Assembly: GCA_019322435.1 (NCBI GenBank)
Contig: JAHWIR010000005.1
Span: 67,443-131,442 of the forward strand
Direction of reading: 5' to 3'
Origin: Candidatus Woesearchaeota archaeon
GTDB taxonomy: Archaea > Nanobdellota > Nanobdellia > Woesearchaeales > WJKL01
DNA length: 64,000 nucleotides
Position numbers and translations under genes: made by a program. Positions 1 through 11,400 of the stretch are shown one piece after another. The notes under the pieces are model-generated. The model was given only the letters and a program-made list of their open reading frames with translations. It ran no database searches and was not told the origin of the DNA. Position 1 is the first letter of the stretch. Each line of letters starts with the position of its first letter.

Positions 1-3000
1 GATTGGCTTTGAAGGCCCTGCTTTGGACTGGTCATGCCTGCTGTCTGCTCCGTAGCAGTCGCATTTTTCAATAGGCATGTCATTTCCTTGTGGTTCAATC
101 TCGCATCTTGCTCCTGGGAAAGACAAATCGTAATTTGTTGCGCAGACAAGCTCTACAGAATAGCTATCTATCTCGCATCCTGGAGCAAGCATCCATGCAA
201 CATCATACTGGTATGTTGCTATCTCTGTATCAGGGTTCCATGTTATATATCTTCTGCTGGCTGGATATGCTCTTGCTGAGGTCTTGTAAGGAACTGAATA
301 AGCTGTATCCAGGAATGCATCAAAGTCCCAGCCCCAGTCTCCTGTAAGCGCTCCTAGGCAGATCTTTTTTGCAATTGCTCCCTGGCCAACTCCGATAAAG
401 TCTTCTAATGCAGAGCTTGGATACTGGTCAAGCAAGTCAGATGTTGTTCCTGCAACTGCGTCTCTGATTGTTGCTGCTCCTGCTCTTATTCTGTCAGTTG
501 TAACATTGCTTATCTTTGCTCCTGTCCATGGGGTACAGCCTTTTATTAGGCTTGTCAATATTTCAGCAATCCATTCGCAAAGGTATTGAGTAAAGAATTC
601 CTTGCACACTCCTGCATCTGCTTCTCCTGTTGCTTTTATCTGCTCAAGGCAGTTGTAAAGCCCCTGCAGTATGTTTCTTAATAATAATATCCTGTTTCTT
701 ATCTGTGTTGTGCAAAGGCACTGGAATGCAGGCACTGTATTGGATGGATCTAGATAAGCCTCTCCTGGAGAGATAAAGCTGTTTGCTCCAAAGCAGGCAG
801 ACTGGTCTCTTCCTTCGTAATAGACATATTTATTATAAGAATAACCTAGCTTATCATAACGATAATCCCAGAAGTCTTTTAAGTCTCCAGCACTGACTGT
901 CTTTTCTACTAGATCTAATGTATCTTGCGGCGGGTTAGCAAGGGTATTTTCTGGATCCTTTTTTGTGCAAAGGCATATTTCATCTCTATCTAAACACTCT
1001 TTTGCTGTTGTTATTACCCTGCTGAATGGCTGTTTTACTAATCCAGTTACAGGGTCTTTTTCTCCTGCGATGATTTTTGATGCTGTTGTAGAATCTTTGC
1101 ATCCGCTCTCTTTTTCTTCATAGCCTTCTCCTTTACATAATTTCTTGCATGTTACTGTTTCTTCTTTGGATAACTGCACTGTTCTTCCTTTTCCTACAAC
1201 CTCTATTTCTTTTTTAGATACAGGAGATATATCATCATCTATTTTTAAAATTACATTTTCTCCTTTTGCATCTGCTTTGTAAGTATAATAATCTCCTTTA
1301 TAGATCCAGCAAAGTGGTTTTTTTGAGGCTGTTTTTTCCTTGCATTCTTCTGCAGAAGGCCTCATCAGAATTAGTCCTTCTGTTCCTTCTGTTTTTGAGC
1401 ACAGTATGCTTCGTTCTATCCTGACTGCTACCTCTTCTGGTGATTTTCCAGATGTCCATGCTGCTGGAGCTGAGCTGCACAAGAACCTGTCGCAAGACCA
1501 TCTGAAGAATTTGTAAGCAGATGCTTCATAATTCCAGCCTTTGAATGCTGATTTACATCTCTCCTCCAGCTCTGTGTTGGTGAGATCATCCTGGGTCATG
1601 CCTTTTGTCAATTTGCCGTCAGGAGTAAGCTTGTGCTTTGGATTTGCTTTTCCAGATCCTGGTGGAGGGCATTTTGTTCCGTCATCATCCTTCATCACTT
1701 TATCTAATCTGTAATCTGCCCAGGATTTCCATGTTCTTATTCCTCTTGCTATTATTCTTACTGCAAAGCCTGCAAAGCAGGCGATTGCGCTGATTCGTAC
1801 AGCCTGGTTGATCTTATCGAGGTTTTCGTTTATCCTGTTTATTGTCTTGTTGAGGATTTCTGGGCCTTCTTCTATCAGCCAGTCAACAAGAGGAACATCT
1901 CTTGGGTCAATCCTGCTTGTGTCAATTGCAAAAGCCAATGTTCTGCAGGTTGTCTGGCCTTCTGTTATCTGCTCATCGTCTATCTTGTGGGAATAGGTAA
2001 TCTTTATTTTAAATGGGAAAAGGATTTCATCTTCAATATCTCCTGGCTTTATAGGCCATTCAAGGAACTCCTCCTCATAGTCTGATAATGCATTAAGGTT
2101 GTATACAAGATACCACATGTTTTTCCTATCATTTGAGATTCTTACATTTGGAGGATCTTGAAGTATTCTGCAGCTTATTTCATATTTTCCTTTTTTCATC
2201 ATATCTGCTTCACAGGCTTTTACAAACTCAACATCTATTATGCTTGCATTTGAGCCAAAGCCTTGGTAAGAGAGATTGAATACTGCTGAGATTATTCCAG
2301 TGCCTTGCTTTAGTGATGCTGGATTAAGCATGGATGGAGATTGGTGTTCGATTAAATTTGCTATATCCCAGTTTGCTCCTCCTGCATAGCATGTTCCTAT
2401 TGTATAGCTTATTTCTTCCTGAGCAGTGTGGCCTGCCTGGTCTGTTACAACAAAAGTAACTTTAATTGTTCTTGCTTCCTGCTCTTCCAGGATCTCAACT
2501 TCTTCTTCAAGTTCTTCTGGGGAAACGGGAATGTATTCTCCATTTAATTCTCCTTTTATAGTTATAGGTCCAAAAGAGATTCCTTCTAAATCAACATAAT
2601 CAAATTCAAAACGTCCTGTTGAGCTTGCCTGGCCTTTTAGATGAGGATTGCCGTCTGGAGCTTTGTTTATATATACTTCAACTTTTGCGAATGGCTCTGT
2701 ATTTCCGCTTATATCCACTTGTGTTGCTCCTTCATAGAAGAAGGTTGTGTCTGCTGGCTTTAGGTTTTTCAGTTCTGGAGCAGTTGTGTCAAGTGTTATT
2801 GAAGCTGATTCTTCATCAACATTGCCTGCCTGGTCAATTGCCTTTAATCTTATTGTATTTTCTCCTTCCACCAGATTTATGGTTATTTCAAAATCTTTTA
2901 TTCTTCCTCCTGAAACCAGCTCCTCATTCCTGTAGATTTCCAAGAAAGATGTTTCTGAGATTGTTCCTGAAACCACTATAGATGGGTCTGTTGTCATAGA

Positions 3001-3654
3001 AGGCAATGCGTCAAGTGTTATTTCAGGGATAGTCAAGTCAACTGTTGTTGTGAATGTTTTTTCAGTTGTAAGGCCTGCTGAGTCTGTTGCTGCCAATCTT
3101 ATCTCATTTGGCTGGAATGCTGTTAATTCAACATTAAGGAAATTAAATTCTCTTCTTTCTTTTGGGTTGAATGTCCTTCTTAGTATGCCGTTGATATAAA
3201 GCTCTAGTCTTGTAAGAGGTTCTGTTGTTCCTACAATATCTATTCTTGGGCTGTTTATGTATTGCGGAATGTCAACATCAATATGAGGGGGGGTTGTGTC
3301 TCTCTGAGGTGTTTGGAAAGCGTACATTCCTCCATTGTTGTCATCTTCTTCTGTGTCTGTGCTTGACACTGATTTTACTTTGTAATAATAAGTAGTAGAT
3401 GGAGCAAGATTGCCTATGAAGATTGAATGATTAAATATCCTCTCAATATTTGTTTCTACATCAGAAGGGGCTGCTCTGTCTGTGCCGTAGAAGACTCTTG
3501 AGTCAGCAGGCTCGTCTGTCTGCCATGTGATGACTGCAAAGCTGTCTGTTATGTCTTCTGCTTTGATGCCTGATATTTGCAGAGCAGAGACTAGCGGCAT
3601 TGTTATCATTAGCTGAATCATCACTAATGCTATGATTGCTGTTATTTTTCTCAT
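1..3654 (-). CDS. Large secreted fibronectin type III (FN3)-domain surface protein with a Cys-rich C-terminal region. The C-terminus is cut by the window edge (>=1218 aa in window).
   Basis: Open frame on the minus strand from ATG at 3654 to position 1 with no stop; it is absent from the ORF track because it has no in-window stop. The N-terminus MRKITAIIALVMIQLMITMPLVSA is a Sec signal peptide. It is followed by an FN3-like segment (ITWQTDEPADSRVFYG...YYYKVKSVS), and the region toward position 1 is rich in Cys. The ATG overlaps the stop of the upstream gene (ATGA). Confidence 0.6.
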   Translation of the reverse strand, partial: MRKITAIIALVMIQLMITMPLVSALQISGIKAEDITDSFAVITWQTDEPADSRVFYGTDRAAPSDVETNIERIFNHSIFIGNLAPSTTYYYKVKSVSSTDTEEDDNNGGMYAFQTPQRDTTPPHIDVDIPQYINSPRIDIVGTTEPLTRLELYINGILRRTFNPKERREFNFLNVELTAFQPNEIRLAATDSAGLTTEKTFTTTVDLTIPEITLDALPSMTTDPSIVVSGTISETSFLEIYRNEELVSGGRIKDFEITINLVEGENTIRLKAIDQAGNVDEESASITLDTTAPELKNLKPADTTFFYEGATQVDISGNTEPFAKVEVYINKAPDGNPHLKGQASSTGRFEFDYVDLEGISFGPITIKGELNGEYIPVSPEELEEEVEILEEQEARTIKVTFVVTDQAGHTAQEEISYTIGTCYAGGANWDIANLIEHQSPSMLNPASLKQGTGIISAVFNLSYQGFGSNASIIDVEFVKACEADMMKKGKYEISCRILQDPPNVRISNDRKNMWYLVYNLNALSDYEEEFLEWPIKPGDIEDEILFPFKIKITYSHKIDDEQITEGQTTCRTLAFAIDTSRIDPRDVPLVDWLIEEGPEILNKTINRINENLDKINQAVRISAIACFAGFAVRIIARGIRTWKSWADYRLDKVMKDDDGTKCPPPGSGKANPKHKLTPDGKLTKGMTQDDLTNTELEERCKSAFKGWNYEASAYKFFRWSCDRFLCSSAPAAWTSGKSPEEVAVRIERSILCSKTEGTEGLILMRPSAEECKEKTASKKPLCWIYKGDYYTYKADAKGENVILKIDDDISPVSKKEIEVVGKGRTVQLSKEETVTCKKLCKGEGYEEKESGCKDSTTASKIIAGEKDPVTGLVKQPFSRVITTAKECLDRDEICLCTKKDPENTLANPPQDTLDLVEKTVSAGDLKDFWDYRYDKLGYSYNKYVYYEGRDQSACFGANSFISPGEAYLDPSNTVPAFQCLCTTQIRNRILLLRNILQGLYNCLEQIKATGEADAGVCKEFFTQYLCEWIAEILTSLIKGCTPWTGAKISNVTTDRIRAGAATIRDAVAGTTSDLLDQYPSSALEDFIGVGQGAIAKKICLGALTGDWGWDFDAFLDTAYSVPYKTSARAYPASRRYITWNPDTEIATYQYDVAWMLAPGCEIDSYSVELVCATNYDLSFPGARCEIEPQGNDMPIEKCDCYGADSRHDQSKAGPSKPI

Positions 3655-5552
3655 CTTATCAGTTCTGGAGTAGGCACTAATTTTGATTTTTTCTCAATAT
3701 TAGTTAGATATTGAAGCTGTTTTTCCTCATCTCTTGAGAATGGGAATTCAACAACATGGAATTTTATTTGTTTTGCTCTTCTTAAATCATTCCAGGCAGG
3801 TGTCCATTTTCCCATATATCCTCCGTATATTCCCCTGTCATCTGCCAAGTAAGCCTCAATCTCATATTCATAATCCCATTTTGCATGGAATTTTAGCTGG
3901 GATAGGATTTCTTCTTCTGAAGGATAGATTGCTGAGCTTTGCAGGCCTTTTCTTTTGATTGTTATTATGACTGACTGGTCATCATCCAGTGACTCTTCCT
4001 GCCTGACCAAATCTGAGTCAAGGAAGGCTTTGTGCTTTACAAAAGTGATATCTTTGAGTATTGTTGGAGTTAAGTAAATATCAACTGTCTTTTCTTTATC
4101 AGTTGTTGCAAAGACAAAGTTTTCTTCATAGCCTTGTTTTGTTCCTCTTACAACTCCGTTTACGCAGACTGGGAACAGCTCCTGGATAAATGCATCTTCA
4201 ATGCCGTGGAATTTTCTTTCAGTTACACCCATTGGGCAGTTGAATCTGATGCATGTAAAGGAGATATTAACACCTGGAAGCTCTTCATAGAAGTTAATGT
4301 CTGGTGTTGAAACGTTTTCCCATGACCTTACTTTTATAAGGGTTGTTGCTTCTTCTGCGCAGAACTCTTCTGAGGATGCTCTTTGCTGGAAGTCAAACTC
4401 TGTTATGCCAAAGCTTGTCTTATCCGGCTCATTGTGGTTGATGCTGACTTCGAATGCAAAGTTGAAGGTGTATTGGTTGTGGTTTCTGGCTGCATCGTCT
4501 GTTATTGTTACCATAACTGGATATTTTACATCATAGGTAAAGTGCCACATGTGTATGCAAAGGAAAGACATGAGGTCAGCGCTTCTTTGTGCATTTGATT
4601 TTAGGAATGTTCCTTGATTTGGCCTTATCTGCAGCTCAATAGGCCATGTTGGATCATAGTTGAGGTTGACATGCGTGTTTCTGTAGTTCAGGTCTGTTAC
4701 TGTCCAGATATAGTGGTTCTGGACATAAGGCCTTGTATCTGGAATATCTAAGTAATCTGTTTTTTCAATCCTTATTGAAGGAAGATTATAATGGAGCAGG
4801 TCTTTTATCCTTGCTTCTACATCATCAACATACCATATCTTTGGAGAGCAGGTGAATTCCATGTCTGTGTAAGGGACTCTTGGGTCTAAAGCAATAAGGT
4901 CTATTGTCCTTTCTTCCAAGAATTTATCATCTAGCTCCTGGAGCACTATCTCTTTTGCAAGCTCATATACTGTCTTTAATCTGACTGGAACATCTCCTAC
5001 AAACTGGTTTATCCTTGTTACCTTTTGTTCGGCTTTTGAAGTGAATTCCAATGGGTAATCAAGAGTGACTTTGACTGATTCGTCTGTCAGGTCAACGGTG
5101 ATAGCTCTTGGAGCCAGTTCCTGGATAGTGAACTGGTTTTGGAATGGTTCTAGGTTGCTGAGGCATTCATCAAGGTTTTGATCAATGTAATGGGCAAGGT
5201 CTTCCTTCATATAATCCTCAGAAGGATATCTTGTCTGGCCTCTGAAATGCCAGAGAGGGACCTTTATTGAAGGGAACAAGGGACTTCCTCCAAGATATGA
5301 CCTTTGGTCAGAACTTATTTCATCAGGGAACCTGATGAAGCCTCCATTAGCACCTAGAATATTAACTCCGTCTGTTGCTATATTATTAATGCAATCACTA
5401 ACAAAAGTATCAATTGGTTTCAGCTCGGGCGGGACAACGCGCTCTGGTGTAAATACTGTTGTTGCTTGTCTTAAATAAAGGAATAAACCTATTCCAAGAA
5501 GCAGAACTATACCTAAGATGATGAAAAGTGTTATCTGTCCTTTCTTTCTCAT
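3651..5552 (-). CDS. Surface protein with a prepilin-like (class III) signal-peptide N-terminus. Paralogue of 11511-13610.
   Basis: 633-aa ORF whose ATG (5552) overlaps the upstream stop in an ATGA. The N-terminus MRKKGQITLFIILGIVLLLGIGLFLYL has a [KR]G-Q cleavage-like motif followed by a hydrophobic helix. It shares the VxDCI....G..LG..GG[FY]I block with the 11511-13610 protein. Confidence 0.6.
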   Translation of the reverse strand: MRKKGQITLFIILGIVLLLGIGLFLYLRQATTVFTPERVVPPELKPIDTFVSDCINNIATDGVNILGANGGFIRFPDEISSDQRSYLGGSPLFPSIKVPLWHFRGQTRYPSEDYMKEDLAHYIDQNLDECLSNLEPFQNQFTIQELAPRAITVDLTDESVKVTLDYPLEFTSKAEQKVTRINQFVGDVPVRLKTVYELAKEIVLQELDDKFLEERTIDLIALDPRVPYTDMEFTCSPKIWYVDDVEARIKDLLHYNLPSIRIEKTDYLDIPDTRPYVQNHYIWTVTDLNYRNTHVNLNYDPTWPIELQIRPNQGTFLKSNAQRSADLMSFLCIHMWHFTYDVKYPVMVTITDDAARNHNQYTFNFAFEVSINHNEPDKTSFGITEFDFQQRASSEEFCAEEATTLIKVRSWENVSTPDINFYEELPGVNISFTCIRFNCPMGVTERKFHGIEDAFIQELFPVCVNGVVRGTKQGYEENFVFATTDKEKTVDIYLTPTILKDITFVKHKAFLDSDLVRQEESLDDDQSVIITIKRKGLQSSAIYPSEEEILSQLKFHAKWDYEYEIEAYLADDRGIYGGYMGKWTPAWNDLRRAKQIKFHVVEFPFSRDEEKQLQYLTNIEKKSKLVPTPELIR

Positions 5553-6295
5553 TTTATTTTTTCAACTTCTGATACAAAATATATCCTTGCCCATGCCATG
5601 TAAGCTGCATAGAGCAGGACAGAGATTATCAGTATCTGCGGTGCTAATGTGCTTAATAGTCTTATTATGTAGCCTGCTGCTAGTATCAGGATTCCTGGTA
5701 TTAACAGTTTTGGGATGTTTTTTGCTCCGAATTCCAAGGCATTTCCAATTGACTCAAAAACCTTGTTTGTTTTTGTTAGTTTTATGAAGATCAATGCTAT
5801 GAAATATATCAGTGCAGTTAATAATATTGTAGATGCGTACATCAATGCAATTATCTTTGTTTTTAATAATCCTGAGATGAAAAGCAAGATTGGGATTAAG
5901 ATGACTGCAAGAAACAGATTTAATCCAATAAGTTTTTTGAAGTATTTTTTTGTGAATTTCTTTTTCAGCAAAGTTGAATATATCATCCCTCTTGTGAAAG
6001 ACCAGGATAATAATAAGATTACTGCTAAAAGTATTCCAACTATTATTGTTGTGAACATTAATGTGTTTACATCTGCCATTAAGAGCTTTAGCTGGTCTGG
6101 TGTTATCTGAGCCATTGCTTCTTGGGTTAAGGACTCTGGACTGATCTTTGAGCCTTGTTTTGTGATTATTTTTCCTGCAAGATAGGTTGAAGGATAGACT
6201 ATTGCATAGAATAATAGGTCATAGAAGATTATCTGTATGAAATTGAACTTTAGCTTGAATGATTCTATAAATTGCTTTAGCTGTTTTTTAATCAT
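5549..6295 (-). CDS. Polytopic integral membrane protein, hypothetical.
   Basis: 248-aa ORF with 6-7 hydrophobic helices. It overlaps both neighbours by 4-8 bp and sits inside the surface-protein operon. Confidence 0.5.
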   Translation of the reverse strand: MIKKQLKQFIESFKLKFNFIQIIFYDLLFYAIVYPSTYLAGKIITKQGSKISPESLTQEAMAQITPDQLKLLMADVNTLMFTTIIVGILLAVILLLSWSFTRGMIYSTLLKKKFTKKYFKKLIGLNLFLAVILIPILLFISGLLKTKIIALMYASTILLTALIYFIALIFIKLTKTNKVFESIGNALEFGAKNIPKLLIPGILILAAGYIIRLLSTLAPQILIISVLLYAAYMAWARIYFVSEVEKIK

Positions 6296-8477
6296 ATTTT
6301 GGTATTGAAGTGCAAAAATATCTTTTGTTCTCTAATTCATTTTCAAACTCACTGAATGTTCCTCTTTGTATGAGATGTATGCATGCTTTGCTGAATTTTG
6401 TTTCATTGTAGATAAAGAGCATGCCAGGGCCTGCTGCTGACCATGATCCTCCTGGTTTTCTTGTTACATCCTCTTCTAGCAATTCAAGATAGGTTATTCC
6501 TTTTCTCAGCTCTATATTGAATACTGTGTCTTCTGCGCCTTCTTTGAAAGCAGGAGCTACATAAGCAGATACTTTATAGATATATTGTGTTGTGCCATCA
6601 GGCAGGATTACTTTTGAGCTTACTTTTGCCTCGATATGGGCTGCTGCTTTTTTCAATCCACCTGGTGTGTCTACAAACACTGTTCCTTTTGCATCTGGGT
6701 CCATGTCAAACCATCTTCCGCAGATCTCTGATTTCCAGTATTCTATATCCAGGCCAAGCTTTGCAAAGAACTTGTCCATATCTTCTCTCCATTTTGCCCA
6801 GTTCTCTGCTTTTGGCAGCAGGTTTGAGAAAGATCCTAGGTCGTATCTTCCTAATTGTGCCAGCTTTTGTCCTTCTGCTGACAGATAATTGATAATATCA
6901 AAGGTTAAACTTACTGTATATGCTGCATGATTCCTGTGTTGGCCTTGGTCTTTTAGTTTCTGTATAAGATCAGGATCTCCTCTAAACATAGGAGGATCTA
7001 ATGTTTTTCCGTTCTCATCTACAAAGACTACAGATGCTGACTTGTCTTTTTCTTTGATTACATACTCCCATGGTTCTCCTGAGTTCCGGTTTTTTAAATC
7101 TATATCATATGTATCAGGTTTTTGTTTTCCTGTTTCTTTGTCCACTTTATAGATTCTTTCAGCACTTATCGGTGTACCATCACTATCAAAGTTCATGATA
7201 TGATTAACTATTTGTCTTTCTAGTTTTGGATTTCCTTCTTTATCTTTTTCCTTTGTCTTTATATCCTGATATTCGATTGTTGTTGTGAACCAGTCTCCTT
7301 TGATAACTTCTTTATATGGTTCTCCTTTTTTGAAATCAGATTGTGTTATTCTTGCTTCTTCTTCTGCAACAATATCTTCAACAGTATCTTTGTATTGTTT
7401 TGCAATAACCATTCCATCTTTATCTTGAACTTCTAAAACACCTTCTTTTATGACTGGGTTTTTTACACCATCAATATTCTTTAGAGCATCTACTAAATCT
7501 TGATATCCTGCACGGGTTGTTGTATATTCCTTACGATCTGTATCTCTAATTAATACATTGTCTAATTTTTCTTTAGTAATTGGGTCAACTTGTATGAATA
7601 TGTCTGCATTTTTGTCAAATATTGCATCCCTTTTTGTCTGCTTTATATAAAGTTCAGGCGGATTCTTAACTAGTGCATTATTTTTGTAATAATAATAATC
7701 TCCTCCTCTCTCATAGACTGGCTTGCCAGTCCCGTCAACAAAGCTGGTAGGTTTATAGTTGGTTCCTGCAAGCCTTTTTGCATCGCTTACTTCAAGTTTA
7801 AAAATCTTTTTTCTTCCATCTAACACAGCATTTTCTCCAACAAGGGTTTCAACCCGTTTTCCATTTATTAACAGCCAGTATGCTTGACCTCCTGCCATTG
7901 GCCTTAATTCATATTTTTTAGGAGAGATTACTGCTACTTCTTTTGTTACTTCTTTAACAGAAACTAATTTGTAATCGGTTCCTTCTGCATCCTTTTTTAA
8001 TTGGGCTTCAAATTCTTCTTTTGAATCTTTAATGTTAGAATAAGTATCAGTAAATTTATCTTTTTCGTCTTTAACATTTTGATAAACTGCTTCGAATACA
8101 GTTGTTTTTTCTCTAGGCAGCTGTTTGGTTTCAATTCCAGTGTCAGTTACTAAAGTGTATTCCCCTTCTTTAGTTAGGATTCCTGCTGCTGTTTCTATTG
8201 AAGAATATTCTGTAATACCCCATGCAAGTGAATTTCTATTCCAAAAATATACCCTTTCTTTTTCTTTTTTAACATGGACAAGGCTTTCGTATTTATCATC
8301 AAGAGTAGGATCTTCTTTCTTGGTTGTGATAATATAACCTGTTGAACCTTCTGGTTTAACTTTTCCCTCAAGAACCAATTGTCTGAAAGCTGGATCTTTT
8401 TCGATTTGAGATAATATAGGAGGAATTACAACTAACAAAAACATCAACATTATTCCAATCAATATTTTCTTATTCAT
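6288..8477 (-). CDS. Large secreted protein, hypothetical.
   Basis: 729-aa ORF with N-terminal signal peptide MNKKILIGIMLMFLLVVIPPILSQ. It is K/E/T-rich and overlaps the downstream gene start by 8 bp. Confidence 0.55.
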   Translation of the reverse strand: MNKKILIGIMLMFLLVVIPPILSQIEKDPAFRQLVLEGKVKPEGSTGYIITTKKEDPTLDDKYESLVHVKKEKERVYFWNRNSLAWGITEYSSIETAAGILTKEGEYTLVTDTGIETKQLPREKTTVFEAVYQNVKDEKDKFTDTYSNIKDSKEEFEAQLKKDAEGTDYKLVSVKEVTKEVAVISPKKYELRPMAGGQAYWLLINGKRVETLVGENAVLDGRKKIFKLEVSDAKRLAGTNYKPTSFVDGTGKPVYERGGDYYYYKNNALVKNPPELYIKQTKRDAIFDKNADIFIQVDPITKEKLDNVLIRDTDRKEYTTTRAGYQDLVDALKNIDGVKNPVIKEGVLEVQDKDGMVIAKQYKDTVEDIVAEEEARITQSDFKKGEPYKEVIKGDWFTTTIEYQDIKTKEKDKEGNPKLERQIVNHIMNFDSDGTPISAERIYKVDKETGKQKPDTYDIDLKNRNSGEPWEYVIKEKDKSASVVFVDENGKTLDPPMFRGDPDLIQKLKDQGQHRNHAAYTVSLTFDIINYLSAEGQKLAQLGRYDLGSFSNLLPKAENWAKWREDMDKFFAKLGLDIEYWKSEICGRWFDMDPDAKGTVFVDTPGGLKKAAAHIEAKVSSKVILPDGTTQYIYKVSAYVAPAFKEGAEDTVFNIELRKGITYLELLEEDVTRKPGGSWSAAGPGMLFIYNETKFSKACIHLIQRGTFSEFENELENKRYFCTSIPKYD

Positions 8478-11400
8478 TTTAATAGCTTTTCTGCTGTTTT
8501 GCAGTAATCTTCTCCTGCTGTGTAGATATAGTTATCTGGCTCAAGGATTCCTACTACATCTTCGTATAGCTCAATTCCCATTATGAGTAACTCATATATT
8601 CTACATGCTGCGTTTCTTTTACGATTGGTTGCACAAAGATATAAACAAACAGCCTCTATACTGACTCCTATGACTGTCAATGGCTCTGATAGTGCTTGTT
8701 TTACTGAATTGATAATATTAGAGAATACGGCTGTTATTGGGCATGCATTAAACAATTCTCCTACAAGATATTTGCATATTTCATAGTGTTTTAATTCATC
8801 GCAGGCATGGGTTGAGACTCCTGTGTTGGCAGATCCTTTTAAGCAGATTATGTGCCTGCATCCTATCTGCCTGTATCTCTCAGCTGCAGCTAAGATTCCA
8901 GGGATGCAGAGTGTTGCAACAGCAACAAAAAGATTGTCTTTTGCATTCAGGTATTCATTTGGGTCTTTTGCTTTGTCTTTTGCTCCTCCAAACCATCTGT
9001 TTGCAATATCTCCACCGCATAAATTTAATATCCAATTTCCCGTTTCTTGCCATCCTCCAACAACACCCCAGGCTCCTTTTTCTTTTTCTGGGTCAGGGGA
9101 TAACCTGCAGTTCCAGAATTTGCAGAATTTTGTTACTTCTCCATACATGCCTTCCTTCGTTTCACCAACAAACTCCTCTGTCATGCATGCTGCTATAGAT
9201 ACTGCTTTTCCTGGTGCTCCTATGTCATCAACAGCTAATTTAACTGTACCTATTATTACTTCTAGATCCTGGAGAGCAAGTATCGCATCGCATATCTGCT
9301 CTGCCAAGCCCATATAATTTCTCCATTTGTCAATGTCTGCCCACCAAGAATCAATAAACTCATCTTTTGATTTTTTTATCTTCTCCTTGATTTCTGAACT
9401 TGCTTCTCCAAGGCGGTTTGAGTAGAGCGGGACAGCTATCTCTATAATTTCCTCTTCTATATAGGATAATTGGTTATTGTAAAGGGAAACAAGCTCGATT
9501 GTGCAGTTGAATTTCAATGGAGAATCTTTGATTGGATAGTCAGCATCGTCAAACTGGAATACAAGATAAGGATTGGTTGTTCCTCTTCCATTGTTGAATA
9601 TTCCTTCTCCCTCTACAAAAGTTTCGTAGTCGTCTCCTGTGCATTCCCTGATGCTGATGTCAACTATCTCTGCTTCTGAGTCAGTGCTTAAATCAACAAC
9701 TGCATAGACTCTTGGCTCAACTATCATAGCCAGCTGCGTGTCAATGCCTTTTGACGGCTGGATATTAACAGAATCAACTGTCCAGTAATCTGGATATTCA
9801 TCGTCTTCTAATGCAAATATTTCAATGGATTTATCTGCAGTGTCAAAGTTTCCAGCTGAATCAAGAATCTTGATATCCATTGTTGTGTTTACATAGCCTG
9901 ATTTAATAGAAGGGATATTCCAGTAGCATTGGAATTCATTTCCTGTTTTAGTGCACTCTGTTGCTGGAAGCTCATCTGCATCAATATGGTCATAGACTCC
10001 TGAGAAATTTCCTATAGCTCTTATTCCTGCTTCATCTGTTCCCTGTACAACAACAGCTAATGAATCATGGGAAACTGCAACGCCTTCTGGTCTTTGTGTT
10101 TCTTCAAATGCAACCCATTCAACAGAATCTATGATAGGATCTTGGGTGTCAACAATAATGTTTGCAGAGGTTGTTCCTGTTGCTATGTTTCCTGCATTAT
10201 CCCTGGCTGTTACAATAAATACACTAAGAGAGCTTCCATGGGATTTTGTGGTTGTTAGGTTATGCCATCTGCATGTCCATGTGCTTCCAGCCTGGTCGCA
10301 TCTGTCTGCTTTTACATCGTTTCCATAATCTGGATTTATCAAAGACAGGTAAAGGGATATCTGGCTGCTTGAGATTCCAGAGCCTGTTTCAGTAAGCTTA
10401 ACAATTATGTCAACTGGCTTGTCTCCGATATAGCTTTTGCCTTCAAAAGCATAATCTGTTCCAATAAAGGTTATCTCAGGAGCATCTGTATCAATGTTGA
10501 AGTCTCTTGTTACAAGTGCTGGAGCTGCTTGATTGCCGTATGCATCTGTTGCATGGAAGAAAAGATGAGCTGTTTTTCCAGCAGATATGTCAACATTTAC
10601 ATCGCTCCATGTGCAGGTTATATAGAATCCATCTTCAATGCAGTCAGTGGTTGTTATATCTGAGCCTGCTCCTATATCTGACAGATCAGCTCTTGCTTCA
10701 AGATTCTGAACAGTATCGTCTTCTATCTTTATCTTGATGACTGCCTTAAAAGGCTCGCCTGGAGCTGAGTTTCCAATAGGGATTCCATCTTTAAGAAGCT
10801 CAAAGGAATTTGGAAGTATTATTGGAGGATTGTTGTCATGGATAAAGCCTGTTATTGTCTCTGATGCAACAAAACCCATCCTGTCATATGCTTTTATCAG
10901 TATTGTATCTGAGTAAGAAAGTGAGACAATTGTTGTATTGGAAAAAATGCATTGTTCTGGAGAGTCAATAATTATTTCATGCAGTAATCTAGAGCCGTCC
11001 AGGAATTCTATTCTTGATATTCCAGAGCATCTTGTAAATTCATTTTCATTTGCCCTGTCTGTTACTTTAAGAGGGATTATAACTTCCTGCAGGTCCTGGA
11101 CAACATCTCCTGTCAGTGTTATTTCAGGAGCAAGGTTGTCAATTGTCATGTCTTTTTCAACTGTCTTTAACACAACTCCTGTATCTGAATGAAGTGTGAA
11201 TGTTGCTGGATATGTGCTAATAGGCAGTGTATAATATTCTCCTGTATAAGTGCATGTGAAGAGATTGCCTGCTGTTCTTGTGCATTCCTGGAATGGAAAT
11301 TCTTTATTTATCTTTACTTGGTTAGGTGTTATTTCAGAATCACCATCAACTTCTGCATTTGCTACAAGAAACCATCTGTCATATTCTTCAAAATAGCCGT

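Noticed and set aside
1298-1501. 67-aa minus-strand ORF inside gene 1-3654.
   Set aside because: It is in a different frame of the same strand, inside a continuous 3.6-kb ORF with an FN3 signature.
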